The notes below the pieces were generated by a model that was not told where the DNA came from, did no database searches, and saw nothing but the letters and a program-made list of their open reading frames with translations. This document shows, piece after piece, positions 44,344 to 54,903 of a stretch of 64,000 nt of DNA. Numbering within the stretch: position 1 is the stretch's first letter; the number at the start of each line of letters is the position of its first letter. The stretch lies in assembly GCF_009931435.1 (NCBI RefSeq), contig NZ_CP043414.1. One strand, 5' to 3'. The position numbers were made by a program, and so were the translations under genes. This DNA comes from Escherichia coli (GTDB taxonomy: Bacteria; Pseudomonadota; Gammaproteobacteria; Enterobacterales; Enterobacteriaceae).

Positions 44344-45319
44344 CAGTTTCTTTACGTTTTTTGTAATGGGTCACACAAATCGCCGAGACAATAACCACTC
44401 CAATAACGATATTGACGAAATAACTCGAGATGCCAATCAAATTAAGGCCGTTTTTAAGAATACCGATAAGAAATACGCCCATAAGCGTACCAATGACCGT
44501 ACCACGTCCGCCTGATAAACTGGCACCGCCCAATACCGCTGCAGCCAGCACATCCAACTCTCCGCCAACCAATGCATTCGGCACAACTTCACTCATACGA
44601 TAAGCTTGCAGCATTCCACCAATTGCTGCAGCGGCACCAAGATAACCATAAGCAAACAGATAAATTAGCGACACCCGAATCCCAATACGTCTTGCTGATT
44701 CGGTATTCCCTCCCACGGCATAAAGCTGACGCCCAATATGGGTTTTGTTCATTATCATCCACGTCAGAAATGCCATTCCCAGCATAACCACTAACGGTAA
44801 TCCGATCTGGTAATCTTCTCCGCCAAATTCAAAACTCAGGAAAGAACGCTGCGTAATCCACCAATCCGGTAAATCGTAAATACTGTGGCCATTAGTCAAC
44901 CACATCAACATACCGAACAGTAGCGACTGCATACTAATCGTAATGATGATGGAAACGACATTAAGGTAATAAATAAGAATAGCGTTTATCAAACCAAAAA
45001 TGATGCCAAGAAAAACAGCAAACACCAGACAGAAAAATGGATTTGATAGCGTTTCATTAAGCAGTAACGACGCCACAACATATTGCACAACCGAAGCTAC
45101 TGCTGCAAAAGAGATATCAATTCCGCCAGTAACCAATACGACAAATAATCCGAGGGCGAAAATACCCGTTACGGCATAACTTTCCGAGAGATCGAGCAAG
45201 TTCTGTATTGATAAAAACTCATCGCTCATGATGGAAAAAAATACCAGCATGAGAACAATGACCCATCCTAACCAAGCTTCGACTGAACGAGGAAACCGCA
45301 GCCGCATAAAGCTAACCAT
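44327..45319 (-). CDS. ABC transporter permease (CUT2, RbsC/LsrC-like)
   Basis: 330 aa polytopic membrane protein with GGIDISFAAV and GGxSLxGGRGT motifs typical of ribose-type permeases. Confidence 0.8.
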   Translation of the reverse strand: MVSFMRLRFPRSVEAWLGWVIVLMLVFFSIMSDEFLSIQNLLDLSESYAVTGIFALGLFVVLVTGGIDISFAAVASVVQYVVASLLLNETLSNPFFCLVFAVFLGIIFGLINAILIYYLNVVSIIITISMQSLLFGMLMWLTNGHSIYDLPDWWITQRSFLSFEFGGEDYQIGLPLVVMLGMAFLTWMIMNKTHIGRQLYAVGGNTESARRIGIRVSLIYLFAYGYLGAAAAIGGMLQAYRMSEVVPNALVGGELDVLAAAVLGGASLSGGRGTVIGTLMGVFLIGILKNGLNLIGISSYFVNIVIGVVIVSAICVTHYKKRKETDVGFV

Positions 45320-46829
45320 TAATCACCTCCGCCAACTGCTGCTCGGTATAATTCGAAGGCAACAGCTCATTAATAATCTTTCCGCGCTTCATATGAAAAA
45401 TACGATCGCAGTTATAATAAGCTTCTGGTGCTTCATCAGTAATTAATATCACTGAAATACCCACACCTGAAAGCCGATGAATAAGCTGGTAAATACTATC
45501 TTTTGCGCCAATATCTACACCTACCGTTGGCGCATCCAGAATTAAAACCTTAGGTCGTGTTAAAATCCATTTAGCCAGGACAACCTTTTGTTGATTGCCG
45601 CCAGATAGCGTTGAAAGTGGATTATTTGGATCGGTGACTTTAATATCCAAATCCTGGATCCACTCCTTGACTAAGGTTTCTTTTCGATTTTCATCAATAA
45701 ACCCCGATGCCGTCTTTAAACGATCCAGAATCGAGAGCACCATATTATCGCTGATAGATTGGGGTAATACGGCCCCCAGTGTCAGGCGATCTTCTGAAAC
45801 ATATGCTATTCCCAGTTTTACCGCATGCGTGTTGTCTTTAATTGTAACGGGCTTACCTTCCAGATAAATATCACCACTATCTGGTCGAGTAATACCGAAA
45901 AGACTCAATGCTAATTCAGTTCTCCCCGCACCAAGTAAACCACACAATCCCAGAACCTCGCCCTGGTGTAGTTTTAGAGAAACATCTTCAAATTGCCCTT
46001 TTCTGCATAATTTGTTTAGTTCAAGGACTACTTTGCCTTCAACGCTATTTGGTAGCTTCTTCTGGTGGACTATAGTTTTTCCGGTCATTAACTCAGTAAT
46101 ATCGCCCGGAGAAAGTTGATTGGCAGCCCACGTTCCAATTATCTCTCCATCACGGATGACCGTAATCCGATCTGAAATTTCCTTAACTTCATCAAGGCGG
46201 TGGCTAACAAAAACTACGGTAATATTTTTATCGCGTAAGTAATTCACTGTGCGTAGTAATTGATTAACTTCTGTACGCGTCAATGATGCCGTTGGCTCGT
46301 CCATGATGACTAACCGGGCATCGGCAATCAGAGCCCGGCAAATCGCGACCTGTTGGCGTTGTGCAATCGGCAAATGTTGTACTAACGCATCAGGATCGAG
46401 ATTGAATTGCAGCTCCTGAATTATTTTCTGCGATACATCTCGAAGTTGTTTTTTTCTGTGCAGCCCTAAATATCCCTTCAGGTTGTATTCAAAAGCGATA
46501 TTTTCAGCAACAGAAAGATTTGGGAATAAAGAAAGATCCTGATATATCACCTGAATACCCAGTTCCCGAGCTTTATCAGGAGAAAGACGAGTCCAGGACT
46601 TACCATCTATAATAATTTCACTTCCCGAATCAGGGACATAAACACCACACAGCGTTTTGATCAGAGTACTTTTACCACACCCATTCGCACCAGCAAGACA
46701 ATGAACCTCACCTTTATTTAAGGTAAGATTGATATTCTTTAGAGCCCTATGGCCACCGAAACTTTTCGTTAGTGACCTTAGCGTCACTAATGGTTGCTCC
46801 GCATTCTTCTCTATAATATGAGGCATCAT
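45312..46829 (-). CDS. Sugar ABC transporter ATP-binding protein with duplicated ABC domains (RbsA/LsrA-like)
   Basis: 505 aa; first Walker A GANGCGKST, LSGGNQQK-type signature, second degenerate P-loop GLLGAGRTE as in CUT2 ATPases. Confidence 0.85.
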   Translation of the reverse strand: MMPHIIEKNAEQPLVTLRSLTKSFGGHRALKNINLTLNKGEVHCLAGANGCGKSTLIKTLCGVYVPDSGSEIIIDGKSWTRLSPDKARELGIQVIYQDLSLFPNLSVAENIAFEYNLKGYLGLHRKKQLRDVSQKIIQELQFNLDPDALVQHLPIAQRQQVAICRALIADARLVIMDEPTASLTRTEVNQLLRTVNYLRDKNITVVFVSHRLDEVKEISDRITVIRDGEIIGTWAANQLSPGDITELMTGKTIVHQKKLPNSVEGKVVLELNKLCRKGQFEDVSLKLHQGEVLGLCGLLGAGRTELALSLFGITRPDSGDIYLEGKPVTIKDNTHAVKLGIAYVSEDRLTLGAVLPQSISDNMVLSILDRLKTASGFIDENRKETLVKEWIQDLDIKVTDPNNPLSTLSGGNQQKVVLAKWILTRPKVLILDAPTVGVDIGAKDSIYQLIHRLSGVGISVILITDEAPEAYYNCDRIFHMKRGKIINELLPSNYTEQQLAEVING

Positions 46830-46892
46830 AATATTCCTGAATACGACTAAAGGAATTCCGGGTCAAATTTGACCCGGTGATTTACGGTAAAA

Positions 46893-47897
46893 TTACAAGC
46901 CTAGCTTCACTAAACGTCGTGTATTTTCAAGATCGAGCTTTTCTGGATTATCACTATAAATAGTGTTGTTATTAACCTTGATCTCGCCCATATCACCGAT
47001 TTTTACACCGTCTTTAATAGGTTCACCGTTCATCATTGCCGTCGCAACCTGGACAAAAACCTTACCCGCAATCATAGGGTTTGAAATATATCCCCCATCA
47101 ATGGCACCTTTTTCGAGTAGCTTAATTCCCTGACCTGGAGTGAAGGTTCCAAAAACGCAAATTGCATCATTTTTCTTCCGCTTATCAATAGCACGCCCCG
47201 CACCAATTGGTCCTTGTGAACCAAATGACATAATGCCTTTAAGATCTTTATATTTAGACATTAAATCGTTCGTCGTGCGCATTGAATCATCCACCGACTC
47301 AGCAACACCAAAACGATCTTCAACCAACGTCATATTTGGATAATGTTCTTTTTGATAGGCAATCGCGGCATTGGCCCAGTCATTTACCAAAGGCACAGTC
47401 AGACTGCCGACAAACATGGCGTATTTACCTTCTTCGCCCATACACTTCGCCATATCTTTCATATGATTGGCACCCATTGTCTGGGTATTTAACAACTCAA
47501 AATCCCAATCTGCATTTTTTTGATCTGGTGATTCGTGGGTAATAACTTTAATACCGGCTTCTTGTGCACGCTTAAGTACAGGTTCAAGAACCTTTGCATC
47601 GTTAGGAACAACACCAATAACATCCACTTTTCGTGCAATTAAATCTTCAATCGCCCGAACCTGTTCAGCTGGATCTGCCGTTGTAGGGCCGACCTGCCAT
47701 GCATCAACCCCCAATAGTTTTCCTTCATTTTTAATGCCTTGTTCCATCACATTAAACCAGGGAATTCCACCGACTTTTACTACTACCCCCATCGTAAAAG
47801 GTTTATTCGCTTTTTGTGATGTTACAGTCTGATCAGCCCATGCAGCAGTGGAAGATAATACGGTAGCAATAAGGCAGGGTAAGATTAATTTTTTCAT
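46893..47897 (-). CDS. Periplasmic sugar-binding protein (PBP type I, LsrB/RbsB-like) with signal peptide
   Basis: 334 aa MKKLILPCLIATVLSSTAAWA (signal peptide) followed by a two-lobe sugar-binding fold pattern. Confidence 0.8.
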   Translation of the reverse strand: MKKLILPCLIATVLSSTAAWADQTVTSQKANKPFTMGVVVKVGGIPWFNVMEQGIKNEGKLLGVDAWQVGPTTADPAEQVRAIEDLIARKVDVIGVVPNDAKVLEPVLKRAQEAGIKVITHESPDQKNADWDFELLNTQTMGANHMKDMAKCMGEEGKYAMFVGSLTVPLVNDWANAAIAYQKEHYPNMTLVEDRFGVAESVDDSMRTTNDLMSKYKDLKGIMSFGSQGPIGAGRAIDKRKKNDAICVFGTFTPGQGIKLLEKGAIDGGYISNPMIAGKVFVQVATAMMNGEPIKDGVKIGDMGEIKVNNNTIYSDNPEKLDLENTRRLVKLGL

Positions 47898-48019
47898 CGT
47901 AATTTCCTTAAGAAATAGTTCAGGTGTCAGGAAAACTCGATATAATATCGACCTGACTATTTATATAATTTATAATCCCTTAGGCATTGATTAATAATTT
48001 AGACAATAAATAACGCCTA

Positions 48020-48829
48020 TTATTTATCAACCTCCACAATGTTTAATTGTGGAAATTGTGTTCGATACCGAGTATCTGTACAAACATTAGTCACCAGAAT
48101 ATCGATTTCATCCAGCGTGCATATTTTACTAAATGCATACTGTTCAAACTTAGTGGAGTCGACCAGCAATATTTTTTGTCCTGACACCTGAAGCATCACC
48201 TGTTTAAGTCTGGCATTAATTTCACTGCCATCGCGGACACCATTCCCCAGATTCAACCCCTGGCATGAAAAGAAAAAACTGTTGATTTGAAAATTTCGGA
48301 TCGCACTCTCTGCAACCGGGCCATGAAAATCATCATGTCGCTCAGAATACTCACCACCGATACCAATAATTCGAACTCGATCACGGCAAGCTAACGCCTG
48401 AATTATCCGTAATGAATTTGTAACTACGGTAACATCTATATCGGGAATTTGACGAGCTAAAAACCAACAAGTACTACTGTTATCCATTAAAATACAATCA
48501 CCAGGGTGAATAAATTGCAATGCGGCCTTCGCAATTCTGGCTTTTATATCAGGATTTTCTTCAGTCCGTTTACGGAATGATTCCGCACGATCGATACTAT
48601 TATCTTGCCACGCATTATCGGCGAGCATAACCGGAGCGCTATCAGATGAATCCAGAGCGACCGCGCCACCAAAGCTACGGATTAACTTTTTGTTGCGCTC
48701 CAGTACCGTTAAATCCCGACGAATTGTCTCAGGAGACGCTTTAAATAATCGTGATAATTCAGTTACCCGCACAGCACCTTGTTTTTGTACATGTGCGCAT
48801 ATCATTTTATGGCGCTCTGCCTGCAACAT
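48020..48829 (-). CDS. DeoR/GlpR-family transcriptional regulator
   Basis: 269 aa; N-terminal HTH (VTELSRLFKASPETIRRDLTVLE) and C-terminal DeoR sugar-phosphate-binding domain; first gene of the minus-strand operon. Confidence 0.85.
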   Translation of the reverse strand: MLQAERHKMICAHVQKQGAVRVTELSRLFKASPETIRRDLTVLERNKKLIRSFGGAVALDSSDSAPVMLADNAWQDNSIDRAESFRKRTEENPDIKARIAKAALQFIHPGDCILMDNSSTCWFLARQIPDIDVTVVTNSLRIIQALACRDRVRIIGIGGEYSERHDDFHGPVAESAIRNFQINSFFFSCQGLNLGNGVRDGSEINARLKQVMLQVSGQKILLVDSTKFEQYAFSKICTLDEIDILVTNVCTDTRYRTQFPQLNIVEVDK

Positions 48830-49282
48830 AGTATCGGTCCGTTATTATCAAATTAGCATGCTTATATAATTAACTGTTCCCTCATAAAATAAAGTGATAG
48901 GAATCAAGATTCATTTTATAATTATAATCGCAAACAGGAATGGTGATCTTTATCACAAATTAAATTGAGAACACTCTACTATTTGACATTACTTTGAGAT
49001 ATCGGTCACTAAATAAGTCTTATTCTGCCATCTAACGAAAAATTTAAATACAAAAACAAAAATAATCGGGCATAGCAATCGCTTCCATTCATGACCGAAT
49101 ACGCCCGAATAAAACCGTTTATACCCACTTATCCTCTTTCGTTGCCTTCTTACATGCCTTGAATATTTTACATTTCTTATATTCAGCGTAATTTAGGAAA
49201 CATAATTTATGAGCAAAAAAAGCCCAAACTCAAAAGTTAAAGTTTATTTATATAATACATACAGATTATCGTGGAGTTAAAA

Positions 49283-49975
49283 ATGGATATGCTAAAGGAA
49301 AAAGTTCTTGCTGCGAATTTATCATTACCCCTTCATCAGTTAGTGACGTTTACCTGGGGAAATGTTAGTGGTGTTGATCGCGAAAAAGGTGTCATGGTTA
49401 TTAAACCTTCTGGGGTCGAATACAGCCAAATGGGCATTGCAGATATGGTGGTAGTGGATTTACAAAGTGGTGAAGTTATTGATGGACACAGGAAACCCTC
49501 TTCAGACACCGATACTCATCTGGCGCTATACCGTGCTTTCCCGGATATTGGTGGTATCGTTCATACCCATTCCCGACACGCCACAATATGGGCTCAGGCC
49601 GGAAAAGATCTCACGGCCTTTGGGACAACCCACGCTGATTATTTCTACGGCACTATCCCCTGTACACGCCCCATGAAGGATGACGAAATTAATGGACAAT
49701 ATGAATATGAAACGGGGCGAGTGATTATTGAAACGTTCAGACAACGAGAAATATCTCCCGCTGACATTCCGGCTGTTTTAGTAAACAGTCATGGCCCCTT
49801 TGCCTGGGGAACTGATCCCGCGAACGCCGTGCATAACGCCGTTGTACTTGAAGAAATTGCCTATATGAATCTCTTTACACAACAACTACAGCCCCATCTT
49901 ACGGCTATTCAACAGCCTCTACTGGATAAGCATTTTTTACGCAAGCATGGTGCCAATGCTTATTACGGGCAGTAA
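49283..49975 (+). CDS. L-ribulose-5-phosphate 4-epimerase (class II aldolase fold; AraD/SgbE/UlaF paralog)
   Basis: Track ORF 49271..49975; about three-quarters identical by eye to AraD ([31 protein letters not shown]...[14 protein letters not shown]...HGPFAWG...[18 protein letters not shown]); start chosen by alignment, alternative ATGs at 49271 and 49289. Confidence 0.85.
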   Translation: MDMLKEKVLAANLSLPLHQLVTFTWGNVSGVDREKGVMVIKPSGVEYSQMGIADMVVVDLQSGEVIDGHRKPSSDTDTHLALYRAFPDIGGIVHTHSRHATIWAQAGKDLTAFGTTHADYFYGTIPCTRPMKDDEINGQYEYETGRVIIETFRQREISPADIPAVLVNSHGPFAWGTDPANAVHNAVVLEEIAYMNLFTQQLQPHLTAIQQPLLDKHFLRKHGANAYYGQ

Positions 49976-50024
49976 CCCTCTTAGCATGGCCTGGCGTTTT
50001 GCCAAGCCATAAATCGCCTAAGAC

Positions 50025-51398
50025 TTACTCCAACCGCGCCTGCGCAAAAGCAATCGCCTGCGCCACCTGCTGCGGTGAGACGCCGCCTTTTGCCGCACGC
50101 TTGTCGAGGCACGATTGCAGCGACAGAATCGGATAGACATCTTCGCCAATCACCTGACTGAATTTCTGCAACTCACTGAGCGGCAGATCTTCCAGCGGTT
50201 TGCCCTGACGAATGGCTTCCACCACCGCTTCACCAACAATATGGTGCGCCTCGCGGAACGGCACACCTTTCGCCACCAGGTAATCCGCCAGTTCAGTGGC
50301 GTTCGCATACCCCTGCTGCGCCGCTTCCTGGCAACGTGGGCGTTTCACCTGAATGCCGTCCAGCACCAGCGCCGCCATATGCAGGCAGTCCAGCCAGGTA
50401 TCGAGCGCGTCGAATAAGCCCTCTTTGTCTTCCTGCATATCTTTGTTGTAAGCCAGCGGCAAACCTTTCAGCGTCATCATCATGCCAGTCAACGCGCCCT
50501 GAACACGACCGCATTTACCCCGAATCAGCTCCAGCGCATCCGGGTTTTTCTTCTGCGGCATTAATGATGAACCGGAAGTCACGCGATCAGAAAGCTCCAC
50601 AAAACCCGCTTCGCCGGTGTTAAAGAAAATCAGATCTTCGGCAAAACGCGACAAATGCACCATACCGATAGCGGCGGCAGAAAGCAGTTCCAGCACGTGG
50701 TCGCGGTCAGAAACGCTGTCGAGACTGTTACGGGTCGCCGAGGCAAAGCCCAGCCAGCCTGCTAACTGTTCACGGTCGATTTCATAAGCCGTTCCCGCCA
50801 GTGCGCCACAGCCTAACGGGCTGACATCCAGACGCTTAAGCGCATCCTGCAAACGACTTTCATCACGCGCCAGCATCTCAACATAGGCCAGGCACCAGTG
50901 CGCGAACGTCACCGGCTGGGCGCGTTGCAGGTGAGTGTAACCAGGCATTACCGCGTCCTGATTATTCTGCGCGGTCTCGACCAGAGCGGATTGTAACTGT
51001 CGGTTAGCCGTCAGTAACTCGCTAACGGTATCTTTGCACCACAGTTTCAGGTCAGTCGCTACCTGATCATTACGGCTACGCCCGGTGTGCAGTTTTTTGC
51101 CTAACTGGCCCACTTTGTCGATCAGTTTGCCTTCTACCCAGCTATGGATATCTTCAGCGTCGCTTTCAAGAATTTGTTGTGGTCTGGCGCGAACATCTTC
51201 CAGCAGCACATTGAGCGCCTCTTCCAGTTGCACCTGTTCTTCTGCGGTTAACACGCCTACCGTTACCAGCGCTTTGGACCAGGCCACAGAGCCAACAATA
51301 TCCTGCTCCGCCAGACGGTAATCAAAGCGCAGTGAGTCGTTGAATTGTTTAAACCGTTGATCTGCTGCCTGGGTAAAACGCCCGCCCCAAAGTGCCAT
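50025..51398 (-). CDS. argH: Argininosuccinate lyase
   Basis: 457 aa [45 protein letters not shown]... Confidence 0.97.
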   Translation of the reverse strand: MALWGGRFTQAADQRFKQFNDSLRFDYRLAEQDIVGSVAWSKALVTVGVLTAEEQVQLEEALNVLLEDVRARPQQILESDAEDIHSWVEGKLIDKVGQLGKKLHTGRSRNDQVATDLKLWCKDTVSELLTANRQLQSALVETAQNNQDAVMPGYTHLQRAQPVTFAHWCLAYVEMLARDESRLQDALKRLDVSPLGCGALAGTAYEIDREQLAGWLGFASATRNSLDSVSDRDHVLELLSAAAIGMVHLSRFAEDLIFFNTGEAGFVELSDRVTSGSSLMPQKKNPDALELIRGKCGRVQGALTGMMMTLKGLPLAYNKDMQEDKEGLFDALDTWLDCLHMAALVLDGIQVKRPRCQEAAQQGYANATELADYLVAKGVPFREAHHIVGEAVVEAIRQGKPLEDLPLSELQKFSQVIGEDVYPILSLQSCLDKRAAKGGVSPQQVAQAIAFAQARLE

Positions 51399-51458
51399 AA
51401 CTCTGTTTCCTTATTTTGAAATTCAATGCCAGAAAGCTACGTCTCCGGCCAACAAAAC

Positions 51459-52235
51459 TTAAGCTAAAATCCGCGTACCCATCGGCATACCGTTAAACAG
51501 TGCCGGAAGCTGTTCCGCATGACGCCAGGAAGCGATATCTACCGGGCGGCCCAGCGTGCGCGCAGCATCCAGCGCCGCGTTCACTTTCACTATCATGCCG
51601 TCAGTAATAATGCCCTGCTCAATCAGTTGTTCTGCTTTCGCGGCGGTCATTTCGGCAATACGTTGCCCTTTGCCGTCGAGAATACCGCTGACATCAGAGA
51701 GCAAAATCAGATCTGCGCCCAGCGTTGCCGCCAGCGCCGTCGCCGCCTGGTCGGCATTGACGTTCATCAGTTGCCCTTCGTCTGTTACGCCAATGGAGCT
51801 GACCACCGGCAGATAACCGTTCTCCAGCAATGTGTTGATAAGCTTAGGCGAACCTGGCTGCGCCAGTCCAACATGGCCTAACTCTTCATCGAGCTGGGTC
51901 ACTTTTACGCTGTCGCCGTCACCAAGAAACAGGCCTACGCCAGCAATCTGATGTTTCTTCGCCCACGCCAGCAAGGTTTTATTTGCCGTTCCCGCCAGCG
52001 CCCCGGTGATAATGTCTATCTGATCCGCAGGCGTCACCCGCAGGCCATTTTTCTTTTTCACCGGCAGATTCAGCCCTTTCATTAGTTCATCCACCACGCA
52101 GCCGCCGCCGTGAACAATCACCAGCGGACGCTGATGTGACTCACGATAATTCACCAGTGCGCTAAACAGACGTTCCAGCGCCTCTTCGCTATCCAACAGT
52201 ACGCCGCCCAGTTTGATAATTAATGGATTCATCAT
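51459..52235 (-). CDS. argB: Acetylglutamate kinase
   Basis: Track ORF 51459..52313; homologous start [45 protein letters not shown] (258 aa). Confidence 0.95.
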   Translation of the reverse strand: MMNPLIIKLGGVLLDSEEALERLFSALVNYRESHQRPLVIVHGGGCVVDELMKGLNLPVKKKNGLRVTPADQIDIITGALAGTANKTLLAWAKKHQIAGVGLFLGDGDSVKVTQLDEELGHVGLAQPGSPKLINTLLENGYLPVVSSIGVTDEGQLMNVNADQAATALAATLGADLILLSDVSGILDGKGQRIAEMTAAKAEQLIEQGIITDGMIVKVNAALDAARTLGRPVDIASWRHAEQLPALFNGMPMGTRILA

Positions 52236-52242
52236 TGCACCC

Positions 52243-53247
52243 TTAAATAAGAGACTGCGTTTCCGCATAGCCGAAACGAATATTGGCGCACTGTACCGCT
52301 TGTGCCGCCGCACCTTTCAGTAAGTTGTCTTCGGTCGCCACAATAATCAGATGCTCGCCCTGAACTGCAAACCCGATATCGCAAAACGGCAGCCCGACGA
52401 CATTTTTCAGCGCCGGAACGCCTTTGTCATACAACCGTACCAACGGTTTATGGGCATACGCCTGCTGCAACGCTTGCGCGACTTGCGCCTGGTTTACACC
52501 ATGCTTCAGGCGGCAGGTAATGGTTTCGAGAATGCCACGAGGGAAATTGCCCAGATGCGGGGTGAAAATCACGTCAGCACCGAGATGCGTGGCGATCTCC
52601 GGTTGATGGCGATGGGTAAAGACACCGTATGGTTGCAGGCTAACTTCGCAAAAGCTGTTTGAAATTGCCGCTTTACGTCCTGCACCGCTCACACCGCTGG
52701 TGGCGTTGATGACCGGCCACTGATTGAGGTCAAGGAGATCGGCGTCAATCAACGGTTTCAGCGCCAACTGCGCTGCCGTCGGATAACAGCCCGGCACCGC
52801 AATCAAGTTCGCTTCTTTTAATTTATTGCCGCACCACTCCGCCAGCCCATAAGCCGCCTGATCAAGCAGTTCCGGGTATTGATGGGTAAAGCCGTAATAT
52901 TTTTCATAGAAGGCGGCGTCATTAACGCGAAACGCGCCGGAAAGGTCGAACACCACACAGCCTGCTTCGAGAAATTGCGGCGCTAAATCGTGGCTAACTT
53001 CATGGGCGGTGGCGAGAAACACCACGTCCACCCCTGGGCTAAACTCGCTGATATCCGACATCGGCTGCAACGGCAGATCAACGACGCCTTTGAGCTGCGG
53101 ATGCAAATCGGAGATTAACTTTCCCGCATCATTGCTTTGCGCTGAGACAGTCAAAGCGGTTATGTTCATATGCGGATGGCGATTTACATAGGTCACTAGC
53201 TCTGCGCCAGCATAACCGCTGGCACCCACAATCAGCGTATTCAACAT
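52243..53247 (-). CDS. argC: N-acetyl-gamma-glutamyl-phosphate reductase
   Basis: 334 aa [54 protein letters not shown]... Confidence 0.97.
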   Translation of the reverse strand: MLNTLIVGASGYAGAELVTYVNRHPHMNITALTVSAQSNDAGKLISDLHPQLKGVVDLPLQPMSDISEFSPGVDVVFLATAHEVSHDLAPQFLEAGCVVFDLSGAFRVNDAAFYEKYYGFTHQYPELLDQAAYGLAEWCGNKLKEANLIAVPGCYPTAAQLALKPLIDADLLDLNQWPVINATSGVSGAGRKAAISNSFCEVSLQPYGVFTHRHQPEIATHLGADVIFTPHLGNFPRGILETITCRLKHGVNQAQVAQALQQAYAHKPLVRLYDKGVPALKNVVGLPFCDIGFAVQGEHLIIVATEDNLLKGAAAQAVQCANIRFGYAETQSLI

Positions 53248-53329
53248 CGGGGCTATTCACCTTCTTATGTCTGGTTGCCTGGTTAAACGTAAAACATTCA
53301 CCTTACGGCTGGTGGGTTTTATTACGCTC

Positions 53330-53380
53330 AACGTTAGTGTATTTTTATTCACAATTAATGCATGAATATTGATACTATCA
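53330..53380. promoter_or_regulatory. argE / argCBH divergent control region with ARG-box-like operators
   Basis: AT-rich imperfect palindromes TGTATTTTTATTCACA and TGCATGAATATTGATA between the divergent argC and argE starts. Confidence 0.5.
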
Positions 53381-53400
53381 TGACCAGAGGTGTGTCAACA

Positions 53401-54552
53401 ATGAAAAACAAATTACCGCCATTTATCGAGATTTACCGCGCTCTGATTGCCACACCTTCAATAAGCGCTACGGAAGAGGCTCTCGATCAAAGCAATGCAG
53501 ATTTAATCACTCTGCTGGCGGGCTGGTTTAAAAATTTGGGCTTCAATGTGGAAGTGCAGCCCGTGCCAGGAACTCGCAACAAATTTAATATGCTGGCAAG
53601 TTGCGGACAGGGTGCTGGCGGCCTGCTGCTGGCCGGTCATACTGATACCGTACCGTTTGATGATGGGCGCTGGACGCGCGATCCGTTTACGCTGACGGAA
53701 CATGACGGCAAGCTTTACGGCTTAGGCACTGCCGACATGAAAGGCTTCTTTGCGTTTATCCTCGATGCGCTGCGCGACGTCGACGTCACGAAACTGAAAA
53801 AGCCGCTCTACATTCTGGCGACTGCCGATGAAGAAACCAGTATGGCCGGAGCGCGTTATTTTGCCGAAACTACCGCCCTGCGCCCGGATTGCGCCATCAT
53901 TGGCGAGCCAACGTCGCTGCAACCGGTACGCGCGCATAAAGGCCACATCTCAAATGCCATTCGAATTATGGGTCAGTCGGGCCACTCCAGCGATCCGTCG
54001 CGCGGGGTTAACGCTATCGAACTGATGCACGACGCCATTGGCCATATTTTGCAATTGCGCGATAACCTGAAAGAACACTATCACTATGAAGCGTTTACCG
54101 TGCCATACCCCACGCTCAACCTCGGGCATATTCACGGCGGCGACGCCTCTAACCGAATTTGCGCTTGTTGTGAGTTGCATATGGATATTCGTCCGCTGCC
54201 TGGCATGACGCTCAATGAACTTAACGGCTTGCTCAACGACGCGCTGGCGCCGGTGAGCGAACGCTGGCCGGGTCGTCTGACGGTCGAAGAGTTGCACCCA
54301 CCGATCCCAGGCTATGAATGCCCGCCAAATCATCAACTGGTTGAAGTGGTTGAGAAATTGCTCGGAGCAAAGACCGAAGTGGTTAACTACTGTACCGAAG
54401 CGCCGTTTATTCAGACATTATGCCCGACACTGGTGCTAGGCCCTGGCTCAATTAATCAGGCCCATCAACCTGATGAATACCTGGAGACGCGTTTTATCAA
54501 GCCCACCCGTGAGCTTATCACCCAGGTAATTCACCATTTCTGCTGGCATTAA
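53401..54552 (+). CDS. argE: Acetylornithine deacetylase
   Basis: Track ORF 53362..54552; homologous start [48 protein letters not shown] (383 aa). Confidence 0.95.
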   Translation: MKNKLPPFIEIYRALIATPSISATEEALDQSNADLITLLAGWFKNLGFNVEVQPVPGTRNKFNMLASCGQGAGGLLLAGHTDTVPFDDGRWTRDPFTLTEHDGKLYGLGTADMKGFFAFILDALRDVDVTKLKKPLYILATADEETSMAGARYFAETTALRPDCAIIGEPTSLQPVRAHKGHISNAIRIMGQSGHSSDPSRGVNAIELMHDAIGHILQLRDNLKEHYHYEAFTVPYPTLNLGHIHGGDASNRICACCELHMDIRPLPGMTLNELNGLLNDALAPVSERWPGRLTVEELHPPIPGYECPPNHQLVEVVEKLLGAKTEVVNYCTEAPFIQTLCPTLVLGPGSINQAHQPDEYLETRFIKPTRELITQVIHHFCWH

Positions 54553-54556
54553 AACG

Positions 54557-54655
54557 CAGGCTGGATAAGGCGTTTACGCCGCATCCGGCACCGTTGTCAA
54601 ACGCCAGCGCCGCAATAATGTCGGATGCGATGCTTACGCATCTTATCCGACCTAC
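54557..54655. repeat. REP elements (BIME-like pair) between argE and ppc
   Basis: GCAGGCTGGATAAGGCGTTTACGCCGCATCCGGC and GTCGGATGCGATGCTTACGCATCTTATCCGACCTAC: typical REP palindromes in opposite orientations. Confidence 0.65.
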
Positions 54656-54903
54656 ACTTTTGGTGTTATGTGCGGCGAATTTTTAACATTCCCATAAGTT
54701 ACGCTTATTTAAAGCGTCGTGAATTTAATGGCGTAAATTCCTGCTATTTATTCGTTTGCTGAAGCGATTTCGCAGCATTTGACGTCATCGCTTTTACGTG
54801 GCTTTATAAAAGACGACGAAAAGCAAAGCCCGAGCATATTCGCGCCAATGCGACGTGAAGGATACAGGGCTATCAAACGATAAGATGGGGTGTCTGGGGT
54901 AAT

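Larger units (their letters stand above)
37811..50024. other. Accessory genomic island between oxyS and argH (not at this locus in K-12 as far as I recall)
   Basis: Eleven ORFs plus an oxyS-like element lie between two genes that are adjacent in the K-12 reference; the transporter and regulator genes are visibly AT-rich (about 38-42 percent GC by hand count). Confidence 0.7.

Noticed and set aside
45312-46829. Unusual Walker A (GANGCGKST) in the ABC ATPase as a sign of a non-canonical or inactive domain
   Set aside because: The GxxGxGKST core is intact; the substitutions are at variable positions and the second degenerate P-loop is normal for CUT2 tandem ATPases.
37811-50024. Island as a prophage, integrative element or transposon
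   Set aside because: No integrase, recombinase, transposase, phage structural genes, tRNA attachment site or flanking direct or inverted repeats were found; gene content is purely metabolic and transport.
49976-50024. Imperfect hairpin (ATGGCCTGGC...GCCAAGCCAT) between the AraD-like gene and argH as a shared terminator
   Set aside because: The stem has a mismatch and there is no clear U-run on either strand; it may be a weak bidirectional terminator but the evidence is too thin to annotate.
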